From an uncultured delta proteobacterium (GTDB lineage: Bacteria; Desulfobacterota; Binatia; UBA9968): a stretch of DNA of 64,000 nt. The DNA lies in NCBI GenBank assembly GCA_963760795.1, contig CAVXEP010000029.1:352001-416000 (forward strand), given 5' to 3'. Below the pieces are notes generated by a model. It saw only the letters and a program-made list of their open reading frames with translations, did not search any database and had not been told where the DNA came from. The position numbers were made by a program, and so were the translations under genes. Shown piece after piece: positions 9,949 to 19,407 of the stretch (positions are counted from its first letter, which is position 1; every line of letters begins with the position of its first letter).

Positions 9949-9992
9949 GCGCGCATTTCAGCTATCATCGACGAGATGTTATAGTTCCCACG

Positions 9993-11387
9993 ATGTTGTC
10001 TCCAAGCCATGGCCCCGAGGGTGAGAGAGCGGAAAATTTGGTTACTCGTGTGGCGGCCCGCTTGGGCAGCCATGTGCTGTGGGATTCACTGTTGATTTTC
10101 ATGCCGGCGGTGCTGGCGGCGCTCTTCATAGCGGTTTCCTTATATCGCGCCGCCTGGATATCGCCGCTGGTTTTTTGGCTCATTGCATCTTGCCTGGCGG
10201 CGGTGGGCCTTTTCTCTGTGATCTTACGCTATAGACCCTTGGTCCCATCGGTGCGGGCAGCGGCCGAGCTGATCGACCGGCAGGCAGTATCCAAGGATCG
10301 CTTTCTTACCTTGGCGACGCTTGAAAGCTCGGCGCAACCGGCGAACTTTGTCGCGCGCTTGCGCCAAGAAACCTTGGGTTTTGGCGAACGCATCCAGTTT
10401 GGCCGCGATTTTCCCTATAAACTAAAACGATCGTTCTATCGCTCGTTGGCGGTGTCGATAGTAGCGGTGGTTTTGTTTCATTTGCTACTTCCGCTAGCCG
10501 AGTCGGTCATCGGGCCGGTGAGCGTGCAACAGAAACTGCGCCAAGTCGCTGAAAAAATGGCCGGGAAAGAATCTCTCAAGCCCCTCGCGCAAGAATTAAA
10601 AGCGCTGGCGGCTAAGCTCGACGACCCGAAAGCGACGCCGGAGGAAAAACAAGCGGCGGCCGAGGAGCTTGAGAAAAAGATCGAGGAGCAAAAAAAGAAA
10701 GAAGAAGAAAAAGAGAACCGCGATCTGCTCAGTCAAGCGGCTAACTCGCTCAAGGGCACCGAGCAGCAGCAACCGGCCAGCGGTGAAGAACAGAAGAAAG
10801 ATCAAGATAAGGGCGCCGGCGGCATTCAGAGCAATGCGCCGCAGGACGGCAAAGGGGAAGGGAAGAAAAGCGAAGGCGGCGGTTCAGACAGCAAGGGCGA
10901 ACAGAGCGCGCAGATGAGCAATGACATGAAGCAGGGCAATGCCGCGCAGGGCAATCCTAAGGAAAAAGGCGAAGAGAAAAACCAACAGTCACAAGGCGAA
11001 GCCAAGAGCGACCAGCGCGACCCCAATCAGCCGGGCAAAGAACAGAACAACGAAAAGACCGGTAAAAACCAAGGCGCTGCGAAAGAGGGAGCGGGAAAAA
11101 ACCAATCGTCGGAAGAGCCGCCCCAAGGGGCGCCGCCGGCGGAGCGATTTTATAAAGCCGGCGAGGGCAAGGAAGGCATCAAAGGGGCGGGTTATGTCAC
11201 GGTGCAGTTACCGGAGGACGTGGTGGCGGACAGCAAGGCCGAGGGCAAACCGACCAAGGCGGGTGGCACTGGCAACCGGACGCGCCCCCAGGTGCCGGTG
11301 AGTAACGCGCCATTGCCCGCGCACGTGCCCAACGCGCCCACGGAAAAACAGCAGATGCCAATCGAATATCGCGGCATCATTCGTTGA
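9993..11387 (+). CDS. Membrane protein with a long Q/E/K/G-rich tail, MoxR-associated hypothetical
   Basis: Three hydrophobic segments, DRFLT motif, coiled coil and low-complexity tail ending MPIEYRGIIR; directly upstream of the MoxR gene. Confidence 0.7.
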   Translation: MLSPSHGPEGERAENLVTRVAARLGSHVLWDSLLIFMPAVLAALFIAVSLYRAAWISPLVFWLIASCLAAVGLFSVILRYRPLVPSVRAAAELIDRQAVSKDRFLTLATLESSAQPANFVARLRQETLGFGERIQFGRDFPYKLKRSFYRSLAVSIVAVVLFHLLLPLAESVIGPVSVQQKLRQVAEKMAGKESLKPLAQELKALAAKLDDPKATPEEKQAAAEELEKKIEEQKKKEEEKENRDLLSQAANSLKGTEQQQPASGEEQKKDQDKGAGGIQSNAPQDGKGEGKKSEGGGSDSKGEQSAQMSNDMKQGNAAQGNPKEKGEEKNQQSQGEAKSDQRDPNQPGKEQNNEKTGKNQGAAKEGAGKNQSSEEPPQGAPPAERFYKAGEGKEGIKGAGYVTVQLPEDVVADSKAEGKPTKAGGTGNRTRPQVPVSNAPLPAHVPNAPTEKQQMPIEYRGIIR

Positions 11388-11399
11388 TGGAAAGGGAGT

Positions 11400-12386
<987 letters not shown>

Positions 12387-12433
12387 TCCGAACCTCAAAA
12401 TTGAACGTTAACCGCGCGGTAACCACAAGTATT

Positions 12434-12609
12434 CTGCAGTGAAGCCATGGGTCTCTACCGCTGAGCAGTGATTAAACTTTGGTCTGTCCCGTCAGCTCGG
12501 GTGGAAAGCGATCGAGTGGAGGGAATAAGACGCTGCGACCGTATCGCAGTGTGGCGTCACTGCTCCGGACTTGCCACTTGCCGAGTAGACTGCCGTATTT
12601 CAATTGCGG
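12434..12609 (+). ncRNA. Candidate structured RNA resembling an orphan IS110-family non-coding end
   Basis: Nested pairings GAGCAGTGA(12463-71)/TCACTGCTC(12557-65), TCTAC/GTAGA, CTGCAGTGAA/TTCAATTGCGG and inner hairpins; lies between convergent genes. Confidence 0.45.
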
Positions 12610-12618
12610 ATTTCAGGA

Positions 12619-13515
12619 TTATTTCATCTTGTTCTTTATCGCTGGGATCGATTTCAAGTAATCGGCGATCGCTAGGACATCCTCTTTGGTCATGTCTTTG
12701 TATCCGTGAGTCGTGCCCCGAATCACCTCTTCCATGAGACCCTGAACGTTATCGAAGTCGGGTTTAACTCCCGTTAGCAACAATTCCGCGATTTCTTCGC
12801 GTTTCCAGTCGCCGATGCCGGTTTCTTTGTCCGGCGTGATGTTAGGAACCAGTTCGCCGATCGGGCCATCTTTGGGCGAGCCTGCCATGTAGAGCGATTG
12901 GTTGGGCACGCCGAATGAGTTTCGCGGTGTGTGGCAATCGCCGCAGATGGCGACATGATTCGCCAGATATTTTCCCCGCTGGATGCCGCTTTTGGGGGCC
13001 AGGGCCGGTGAATCGTAAAAAATACCGAAGGCTTTGAGCCATAACTCGGTGACGACGCTGCGCATAAAGGGTGTAGAGGTCGTCAACTCCGGTGTCGCTT
13101 TTTTGACTGGCTTGAGCGACCTGAGATAGGCCACCAGCGCTTTCAAATCCTCCTGTGCCATGCCGGAGTATAGGGTGTAAGGCATGAGCGGCAGCTGTCG
13201 GCTGCCGTCTTTGCGCAGGCCCTTGATGATTGCATCGATGATCTGTTGATCGGTCCAACTACCCAGACCGGTTTCGTTGTCCGAGGTGAGATTGGTACTG
13301 TAGACTGTGCCGAGCGGGATCTTAAACGGGCGCGCGCCGGCGTTATGGACGCCCTTGGGCTCGGTATGGCAAGCGCAACCGCCGGAGACGGCGAAGATAT
13401 ATTGTCCGCGGGCGACTAATTCTTTTTGACTCCCCTGGGCGTAAGCCGACGGCGTGGCGCATAGAAAGAATAGCCAAAGCAATAGCAGGATTTTTTTGCT
13501 TGTTATCACCGGCAT
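12619..13515 (-). CDS. Periplasmic diheme c-type cytochrome (gluconate/alcohol dehydrogenase cytochrome-like)
   Basis: Signal peptide; RGQY..GGCACHT and RGKY..CGDCHTPR; repeated NLT/NITPD.ETG.G.W motifs. Confidence 0.88.
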   Translation of the reverse strand: MPVITSKKILLLLWLFFLCATPSAYAQGSQKELVARGQYIFAVSGGCACHTEPKGVHNAGARPFKIPLGTVYSTNLTSDNETGLGSWTDQQIIDAIIKGLRKDGSRQLPLMPYTLYSGMAQEDLKALVAYLRSLKPVKKATPELTTSTPFMRSVVTELWLKAFGIFYDSPALAPKSGIQRGKYLANHVAICGDCHTPRNSFGVPNQSLYMAGSPKDGPIGELVPNITPDKETGIGDWKREEIAELLLTGVKPDFDNVQGLMEEVIRGTTHGYKDMTKEDVLAIADYLKSIPAIKNKMK

Positions 13516-13524
13516 GAAGTCTCC

Positions 13525-14454
13525 TTAGGGGTTGAGTTGCGCGCGAATTCTTTGATCTAAAAACTTGAGCGTGGCATAAAATACTTGATTGATCGGCGCC
13601 ATGGTTCCGGCTCGTCGCAGCATTTGCACCACTATGCCATTGAAGGCTTCGTATTCAAGCGGTTTGCCGGCTTCCAGATCCTGCAGCATGGAGGGTTTGA
13701 ATGCGCCGAGGGTGCGCGAAAACGCCATGATCTCATCGAACTGTTCACGGCGCAGTTCGATGTTGCGCGTGCCTGCGGCCGTTTGCACCTCGGCCATGCA
13801 GTCGAGCGCAAGCGCGGTCAAAGACTCCGATTCGACAATCTGTTTGACGTTGGCGTAGGCCAAACAGCTGATGGCGCAAAACGGTGCATTCCACAGCAGT
13901 TTGGTCCATTGAATTTTTTGAATATCAGCGGTGATCTCACAGGGGATGCCGGCATTGCTGAGGACTTGCCGCAGCGATTTACTCGATTCGCTGACGCCGC
14001 CATTGATCTGCCCAAAGATTATCCGGCCGCCGTTGGCATGGGTGACGACTCCCGGGGCGGTGAGTTGCGCGCCGACATAGACAACTGCCGGCAAGATTTG
14101 ACCAGGGTCAAAAACACGAGCCAGCTTGTCCGGATTATCGACGCCGTTTTGCAGGGAGAGAATTAGCGTTTGGTCGCTTACCAGCTGTTTGATCTGTTCA
14201 GCGGCTACTTCAGTATCGTAGGATTTGACGCAAAAAAGAATCGCATCGACATTGCCAATCGTGGCGGTATCTTTGGTGAACTGCGCCTTGTCGATCTGCA
14301 AGTTGCCATTCTGGCTCGTGACCCGAAGGCCGTTTTCCCTGAGTGCCTGCAAGTGTCGGCCGCGGGCGATGAAGGCTAGCTGATGGCCTGCGGCTGCGAG
14401 TTTCGCGCCGAAATAACCGCCGACAGCACCTGTGCCCATGACAGCGATACGCAT
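13525..14454 (-). CDS. panE: 2-dehydropantoate 2-reductase (ketopantoate reductase family)
   Basis: GTGAVGG, VKSYD, LQNG, WTKLLWN and SMLQDLEAGKPLE motifs. Confidence 0.92.
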   Translation of the reverse strand: MRIAVMGTGAVGGYFGAKLAAAGHQLAFIARGRHLQALRENGLRVTSQNGNLQIDKAQFTKDTATIGNVDAILFCVKSYDTEVAAEQIKQLVSDQTLILSLQNGVDNPDKLARVFDPGQILPAVVYVGAQLTAPGVVTHANGGRIIFGQINGGVSESSKSLRQVLSNAGIPCEITADIQKIQWTKLLWNAPFCAISCLAYANVKQIVESESLTALALDCMAEVQTAAGTRNIELRREQFDEIMAFSRTLGAFKPSMLQDLEAGKPLEYEAFNGIVVQMLRRAGTMAPINQVFYATLKFLDQRIRAQLNP

Positions 14455-14477
14455 AGTGAAAATCCTACTCTGGAGCG

Positions 14478-14506
14478 ACTGTAAGCTCGACCCGGGAGCT
14501 TGTCAA
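14478..14506 (-). promoter_or_regulatory. Putative sigma70 promoter of panE
   Basis: Minus strand reads TTGACA-N17-TACAGT. Confidence 0.6.
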
Positions 14507-14541
14507 TTTAACCCGAAAAGCGCAGCTACAAGTTCACTGTG

Positions 14542-14765
14542 GGTGGAGGGCAAGCCCCTCAGCGGTGGGCCTCTACCTCTGAGCACTAAATTGACGATGG
14601 TGCGTTCAGTGAGCTCTGTGGGAAAGTGATGGGTCGGAGCGATGGATGGAACCGGACTTTGTGGCCGCCGTCGGAAGGCCGCACCGTTCCGGGCTCACCC
14701 CTCGTCGAAGAGACTGCGGTTTCTGGACAGAAGAGTTTGGAGTTCGGTTCAGTGCACAAGGCCCG
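14542..14765 (+). ncRNA. Candidate structured RNA resembling an orphan IS110/IS1111 non-coding end (bridge/seekRNA-like)
   Basis: 5' hairpin GGTGGAGG/CCTCTACC, then a long nested stem with large internal loops and many G-U pairs on the + strand; no transposase ORF adjacent. Confidence 0.5.
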
Positions 14766-14809
14766 TGGGCAGTTTAAGCTTGCCGGGCGCTATGTTATAG
14801 AAATCGGTC

Positions 14810-15010
14810 ATGGAAAAGATCGATCCCCAGCCGGATCATTCAAGTCTTGAGCGCTATCGACCGGGCGCTCAAGTTACTTTTAAAGGCAAGCTCTACTCAA
14901 TTCAGCGCCGCACTACCCTAGCTTCGGGTGAAGCTGCCGTCGTACTGCAGAACGATAGCGAGCAGTTCGTCGTCGGCGCCACTCAGTTTCTTGCCGCCGT
15001 CAGTGCTTAA
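14810..15010 (+). CDS. Small hypothetical protein (66 aa)
   Basis: ATG 8 nt after TGnTATAGA; beta-rich composition; sits just upstream of the next gene. Confidence 0.55.
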   Translation: MEKIDPQPDHSSLERYRPGAQVTFKGKLYSIQRRTTLASGEAAVVLQNDSEQFVVGATQFLAAVSA

Positions 15011-15042
15011 CTTCGCCAATATCTATCGAACAGGAGTTCATC

Positions 15043-16035
15043 ATGGGTAAAATTCGGTTGACATTATCTTGCTGGGACTATGACCGCACCCGTGCTTTGC
15101 AAGACGGGCGCGTCGAGGTCGAGGGCGTCGATCTGACCTACTTGCCGCTGCGCGTGGAGGAGACGTTTTGGCGTATGTTACGCTACGGTGAATTCGATGT
15201 CGCCGAGATGTCTACCGGTTCTTTCTTAATGTCGCGCGACAAGGGCGCGCCCAGACTGATCGGTATTCCAGTCTTTCCGTCGAAGACTTTTCGCCACTCA
15301 TGCATTTACATCAACACCGACTCGGGCATCAAAAAACCGGCGGACATGGCGGGCAAGCGCGTCGGCGTTCCCGAATATCAGATTACCATGGCGACCTGGG
15401 CGCGCGGCATCTTGCAGCATGAATACGGCGTGTTGCCGGAAAAAATGCAATGGTTTACCGGCGGCGAGGAAACCCCTGGACGCCAGGACAAGGTGCAGCA
15501 TAAGCTGCCGCCCAACATAGACATTCAACCTATCCCGGGCGACAAGACGCTGTCCGGCATGCTCGAGCGCGGCGAGATCGACGCGATGATCTCGGCGCAT
15601 ATGCCATCACCGTTTGTGCGCCGTCATCCCAAAGTGCAGCGGCTGATCCCCAACTTCCGTGAAGTGGAAGCCGACTATTTCAAGCGCACGAAGGTTTTTC
15701 CAATCATGCACACCATCGTGATTCGCGAAGAGTTTTACGAACAGCATCCATGGATCGCCCAGAGCTTGTTCAAAGCCTTCAACGAATCCAAACGGATCTG
15801 CCAGGAAGCGATGTACGAGTTTTCTGCCCTTAAATATATGATGGCTTGGTCCATCGACGAGATGGAAAAGGAGCGGGAAGCTCTTGGGCCCGATCCCTGG
15901 GCCTATGGTCTGGAAGCCAATCGCCATATTCTCGAAACTTTAGTGCAGTACACCCACGAGCAAGGTTTGATTAGCAAAAAGCTTGACGTCGATGCGCTGT
16001 TTGCCAAGAGCACGCTGGAGGATTTCAAGATTTAG
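15043..16035 (+). CDS. 4,5-dihydroxyphthalate decarboxylase-like / periplasmic-binding-fold protein
   Basis: DYDRT..L.DG.V, EFDVAEMS, PVFPS..FRH, GKRVGVPEYQITMA.WARG and FPIMH motifs; AGGAG RBS. Confidence 0.85.
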   Translation: MGKIRLTLSCWDYDRTRALQDGRVEVEGVDLTYLPLRVEETFWRMLRYGEFDVAEMSTGSFLMSRDKGAPRLIGIPVFPSKTFRHSCIYINTDSGIKKPADMAGKRVGVPEYQITMATWARGILQHEYGVLPEKMQWFTGGEETPGRQDKVQHKLPPNIDIQPIPGDKTLSGMLERGEIDAMISAHMPSPFVRRHPKVQRLIPNFREVEADYFKRTKVFPIMHTIVIREEFYEQHPWIAQSLFKAFNESKRICQEAMYEFSALKYMMAWSIDEMEKEREALGPDPWAYGLEANRHILETLVQYTHEQGLISKKLDVDALFAKSTLEDFKI

Positions 16036-16071
16036 GCTTGTCTCCGCGTATCCATCAGTTAGACTAAAAGT

Positions 16072-16602
16072 ATGGCCGACGAAAAACCTCCCGCATTCGA
16101 AGAAACCAAATGGTGGATCGACCGCCGGGCGGTCAAGGAGCGCGACAAGTCCGCGGCTCCACCGGTCAGAGGCATCATCGAGAAATGGGCCGTCGACCTG
16201 CTAGAAAACTACAATCAGGACGAGGCGGCGAAGAATCTCGTCGATATCAACCTGAAAATTTTCAAGGAGCTCAAGGTCGAGCCTGGCCAGTGGGGCTACT
16301 ACTCTCTCGATATCGGCAAGTATCCGCCGGATAAATTGGAGAAGATCAAAGCGGCGCTGCCGCTACCGCCCGGAGCGCGCGGCATCGTCATCGATGCCGG
16401 CTACTCGGTGCGCGTCATGATCACCGCCGAGCCGGTGGGCGAGCGCTACGTCGACATCAATTTTGTCGATGCGCCGTCACTCGATTATTGGGTCAAAGCG
16501 CAGTTGATTGAAGAACGCGTGTTCGGCAACGTCGGCGAAGCGCTCAAGCGCATCCGTCCCGATTTACTGCGCTATATGACTCCATCTGAAGACTCCGTGT
16601 GA
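16072..16602 (+). CDS. Hypothetical protein
   Basis: 176-aa ORF with typical codon usage; TTGTCT-N16-TAGACT lies 6 nt before the ATG. Confidence 0.7.
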   Translation: MADEKPPAFEETKWWIDRRAVKERDKSAAPPVRGIIEKWAVDLLENYNQDEAAKNLVDINLKIFKELKVEPGQWGYYSLDIGKYPPDKLEKIKAALPLPPGARGIVIDAGYSVRVMITAEPVGERYVDINFVDAPSLDYWVKAQLIEERVFGNVGEALKRIRPDLLRYMTPSEDSV

Positions 16603-16744
16603 GGAGCTGCCGGACAGTGAGGCTGCGATCGGCTAGTTGCCGATCTGCCAAAGCCGATGATCGAGGATCGAAGATAGATCCTCCTCCCGCCCTTAGCGAA
16701 ATGTCCAATACAGTTTTTTGTCGGTAAGTTTGCCCGACCGCTTG

Positions 16745-16955
16745 CTAGTGGCAGCCGCAAGTATGTGGCGTGCCTGTGCAGGCGCCGCCATTTGGCGCGG
16801 TGTCGCCGGTGGCTGCCGGGGCGCTAAAGAATGGCAGTTGCTTATCGATCTTCTTGCTGTTGCATTTGGGACTGCTGATTTTTTTCCATGTCGATAAGAA
16901 AAATGGTCTAAAAATGCCGGTCGCAGCTGCGGCAGTTGTATTCGAAGACCGGCAT
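16745..16955 (-). pseudogene. FmdB-family zinc-ribbon protein, disrupted
   Basis: MPVFEYNCRSCDRHF is followed by an in-frame TAG and a frameshift to ..SPKCNSKKIDKQL..GGAC..CGCH; the second CxxC has lost its first Cys. Confidence 0.75.
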
Positions 16956-17006
16956 TTGTCTTCTCGCTTTGCTCGGAATCTCAAATTGTAAATTCCACAT
17001 CACACC

Positions 17007-18185
17007 CTAGGCATGTTTGGCTTTAGCCTTGGGGTTTTTGGCGGTGATGTGCAGGGGATTTTCTCTTGGGATCGGTACCAATGACGTCACTTCCAAACCG
17101 TAGCCGCGCAGACCGACGAGATGTTTCTTGTTGTTGGTCAGCAGACGCATCTTGCGCACGCCCAAGTCGCGCAGGATTTGCGCGCCGATGCCGTATTCCT
17201 TGAAATCCGCCTGATATACGAACGACGCATTCATGCCTTTTTGCTGCTTACCTTCGACTTTCGGATAGGCGACCATCGCCGGGTGATGCGCCTTTATTTT
17301 GGGCTGCAAATATAAGATCACACCTTTGCCCGCTTTGGCGATCAACTCCATGGAGCGCTGAATCACCGCGCCAGTGTTGAGCAGTTCGAAGCCGAAAACA
17401 TCGCCGGGGATATACTTGGTATGCACCCGCACCAGGGTTTCTTCATTGGGCGAAATCTGTCCCTTGATCAACGCCAGGTGCTCGCTTTCGTCGACATGGG
17501 TGTTGTAGACGATGGCTTGAAACTCGCCGCCAATGCGGGTCGGCAGCGGCGCCGATGCGGCTTTGTAGACCAGCGAGTCGTAGTTCAACCGGTGTTGGAT
17601 CAGATCGGCGTTGGTGACCACCTTGAGCTTGTGCTTTTTGGCGAAGCGCATGAGGTCGGGCTGGCGTGCCATGGTGCCGTCGTCTTTCATAATCTCGCAA
17701 ATCACGCCAGCGGGCTTGAGGCCGGCTAGGCGGGCGAGATCGACCGAGCCTTCGGTCTGGCCGGCGCGCACAAGCACGCCGCCGTTGCGCGCGCGCAACG
17801 GAAAGATATGACCAGGCGTCGCGAGATCCTGGGGCTTGGCGTCGTCAGCGATGGAGTCGAGAATCGTCTTGGCGCGGTCGGCGGCGGAAATCCCCGTGGT
17901 GATGCCCTGGGCCGAGTCGATGGAAACGGTGAAGGCGGTGCCAAACGGCGAAGTATTGTCCGACACCATCATGGCCAGTCCTAAATGGCGGACCCGTTCT
18001 TCAGTCAAGGTCAGGCAGATCAAACCGCGTCCATGGGTCGCCATGAAGTTGACCGCTTCGGGCGTGACCTTTTCGGCCGCCATGCACAGGTCCCCTTCGT
18101 TCTCACGGTCCTTGTCATCGGTGAGGATGACCATACGGCCGCGGCGAATCTCGTCAATCGCTTCTTCGATGGTCGCTAGTGGCAT
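17007..18185 (-). CDS. ribBA: 3,4-dihydroxy-2-butanone-4-phosphate synthase fused to a degenerate GTP cyclohydrolase II domain (RibBX-type)
   Basis: DDKDRENEGD, TAFTVSID, TTGISAADR and PGHIFPL are intact; the C-terminal domain has RVHTKYIPGDVFG without the Zn-binding cysteines. Confidence 0.9.
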   Translation of the reverse strand: MPLATIEEAIDEIRRGRMVILTDDKDRENEGDLCMAAEKVTPEAVNFMATHGRGLICLTLTEERVRHLGLAMMVSDNTSPFGTAFTVSIDSAQGITTGISAADRAKTILDSIADDAKPQDLATPGHIFPLRARNGGVLVRAGQTEGSVDLARLAGLKPAGVICEIMKDDGTMARQPDLMRFAKKHKLKVVTNADLIQHRLNYDSLVYKAASAPLPTRIGGEFQAIVYNTHVDESEHLALIKGQISPNEETLVRVHTKYIPGDVFGFELLNTGAVIQRSMELIAKAGKGVILYLQPKIKAHHPAMVAYPKVEGKQQKGMNASFVYQADFKEYGIGAQILRDLGVRKMRLLTNNKKHLVGLRGYGLEVTSLVPIPRENPLHITAKNPKAKAKHA

Positions 18186-18391
18186 GGCCGGTTAATTTAT
18201 CACCTTGCGTGGTGGGGTCAACCGGCCGGGAGACCAGACGGAGATAGAGAATTGAGACCGAGATCCGAAGATCGTGGCATAGCTGGGTTAACGACAATTA
18301 TTGCCGCGGCGCCGTTGCTATGAAATGGCGCCCCTTCGTGCAACGAATAGGTACTACGCTAGATTGGCTCGATCTGTGGCGGTTGATATTC

Positions 18392-18769
18392 ATGAGCGCG
18401 ATTTTTTTGGTGGGAACAGGCGGTTTTATTGGATCGATACGCACTACTTGATCTCTGGCTTGGTATTTCTACTTTTGGATAAGCCCTGGTTTCCGGGCTG
18501 GGACGTAAGCGGTTATCGTTCTCGGCTGCTTAGTCATCGGAATACTCGGCGGGATCGCTGAACAGCGGCGAATTTTCGCTCCCGAGTTCAGGTTATTCGT
18601 GTTCATCGGTATTCTCGGTGGCTTTACCACTTATTCCGCCTTTGCGGATGAAACTGCCTCTCTGGTCCATAATGGTCATGGCGCGGCAGCGTTACTGAAC
18701 ATCGCGCTAACGGTCATGGTGGCGCTATTCGCCGTCTGGCTGGGTGGTCTCCTGGCGCGATTTGCCTGA
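18392..18769 (+). pseudogene. crcB: Fluoride channel CrcB/Fluc pseudogene
   Basis: MSAIFLVGTGGFIGS start and IGILGGFTTYSAF..E signature; frameshifts and a TAA within the GT(L)AV motif; absent from the ORF track. Confidence 0.85.
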
Positions 18770-18812
18770 CCTTTGACGGCCTGGCATCCGCTCAAGAATT
18801 TCTTAAAATTTT

Positions 18813-18841
18813 GGAACCTTGGGTAACTCTGGGACGTCTAA
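18813..18841 (+). promoter_or_regulatory. Putative ECF (RpoE-like) promoter GGAAC-N17-CGTCTAA
   Basis: Read directly; a near-identical motif recurs at 19356. Confidence 0.65.
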
Positions 18842-18862
18842 CCAACTCAGGGGAGGTGTTTT

Positions 18863-19318
18863 ATGGGGAGAAAACCAGCGAAGGCTTCGACATCTAAAGA
18901 CATTCGTGAGCGCCAGCCATTCTGGGTCAAAGACAATAACGGGCCACGCATGCAGCTCGACGAGCGCGCGATGGCGATCTTTCAGCCGGATGTGCTGATC
19001 GAGAGCCAGTACTTAGCGACCCAGACACGCCGGATACACTTGGATGCCGAGCGGGTTTTGATGTTCGCCGTGCTGCGCGATGCGGTTAGCTGTTTTCAAG
19101 ATAACGTCGGCTCGAGTTGTAAGCGTAAGCAGGCGATGCACCGCGATGCCGAGGAATGGATCCTCGACAAAGACCGATCCCATTTATTTTCCTTCGACAA
19201 TGTTTGTGAAATTCTTGGTCTAGATCCGGAATATATGCGTGCTGGGTTGCTGCGCTGGAAGGAAGCCGCGCTTCACGGGCGACCACTCAAAGTGCGGGCT
19301 CAGTCGCTCGCCGGCTAA
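18863..19318 (+). CDS. Hypothetical protein, paralogue of 28120..28512
   Basis: GGAGG RBS; ERVLMFAVLRDAV...AEEWI...FSFDNVCEILGLDPEY.R motif shared with the 28 kb ORF. Confidence 0.75.
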   Translation: MGRKPAKASTSKDIRERQPFWVKDNNGPRMQLDERAMAIFQPDVLIESQYLATQTRRIHLDAERVLMFAVLRDAVSCFQDNVGSSCKRKQAMHRDAEEWILDKDRSHLFSFDNVCEILGLDPEYMRAGLLRWKEAALHGRPLKVRAQSLAG

Positions 19319-19355
19319 CCGTGCTATCGACGCGGACCTATGGGCAACATCAAAT

Positions 19356-19383
19356 GGAACCAATCGTCTGTGGCCGCGTCTAA
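19356..19383 (+). promoter_or_regulatory. Putative ECF (RpoE-like) promoter GGAAC-N16-CGTCTAA of the degP-like gene
   Basis: Read directly; degP genes are classic sigmaE targets. Confidence 0.7.
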
Positions 19384-19407
19384 TGTCAGCAGAGGAAGAA
19401 AAAAACT

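Noticed and set aside
14596-14760. 6S RNA interpretation of the long stem
   Set aside because: The 3' side of the main loop carries extra hairpins instead of a roughly symmetric open bubble; not fully excluded without cmsearch
18186-18300. Possible FMN riboswitch upstream of the ribBA-like gene
   Set aside because: No AGGGCxGGGTGAAATTCCC-type core on the minus strand
18300-18391. Possible fluoride riboswitch upstream of the crcB pseudogene
   Set aside because: The GGCGATGGxGTTCGCC...GCTxATGAC core is not present
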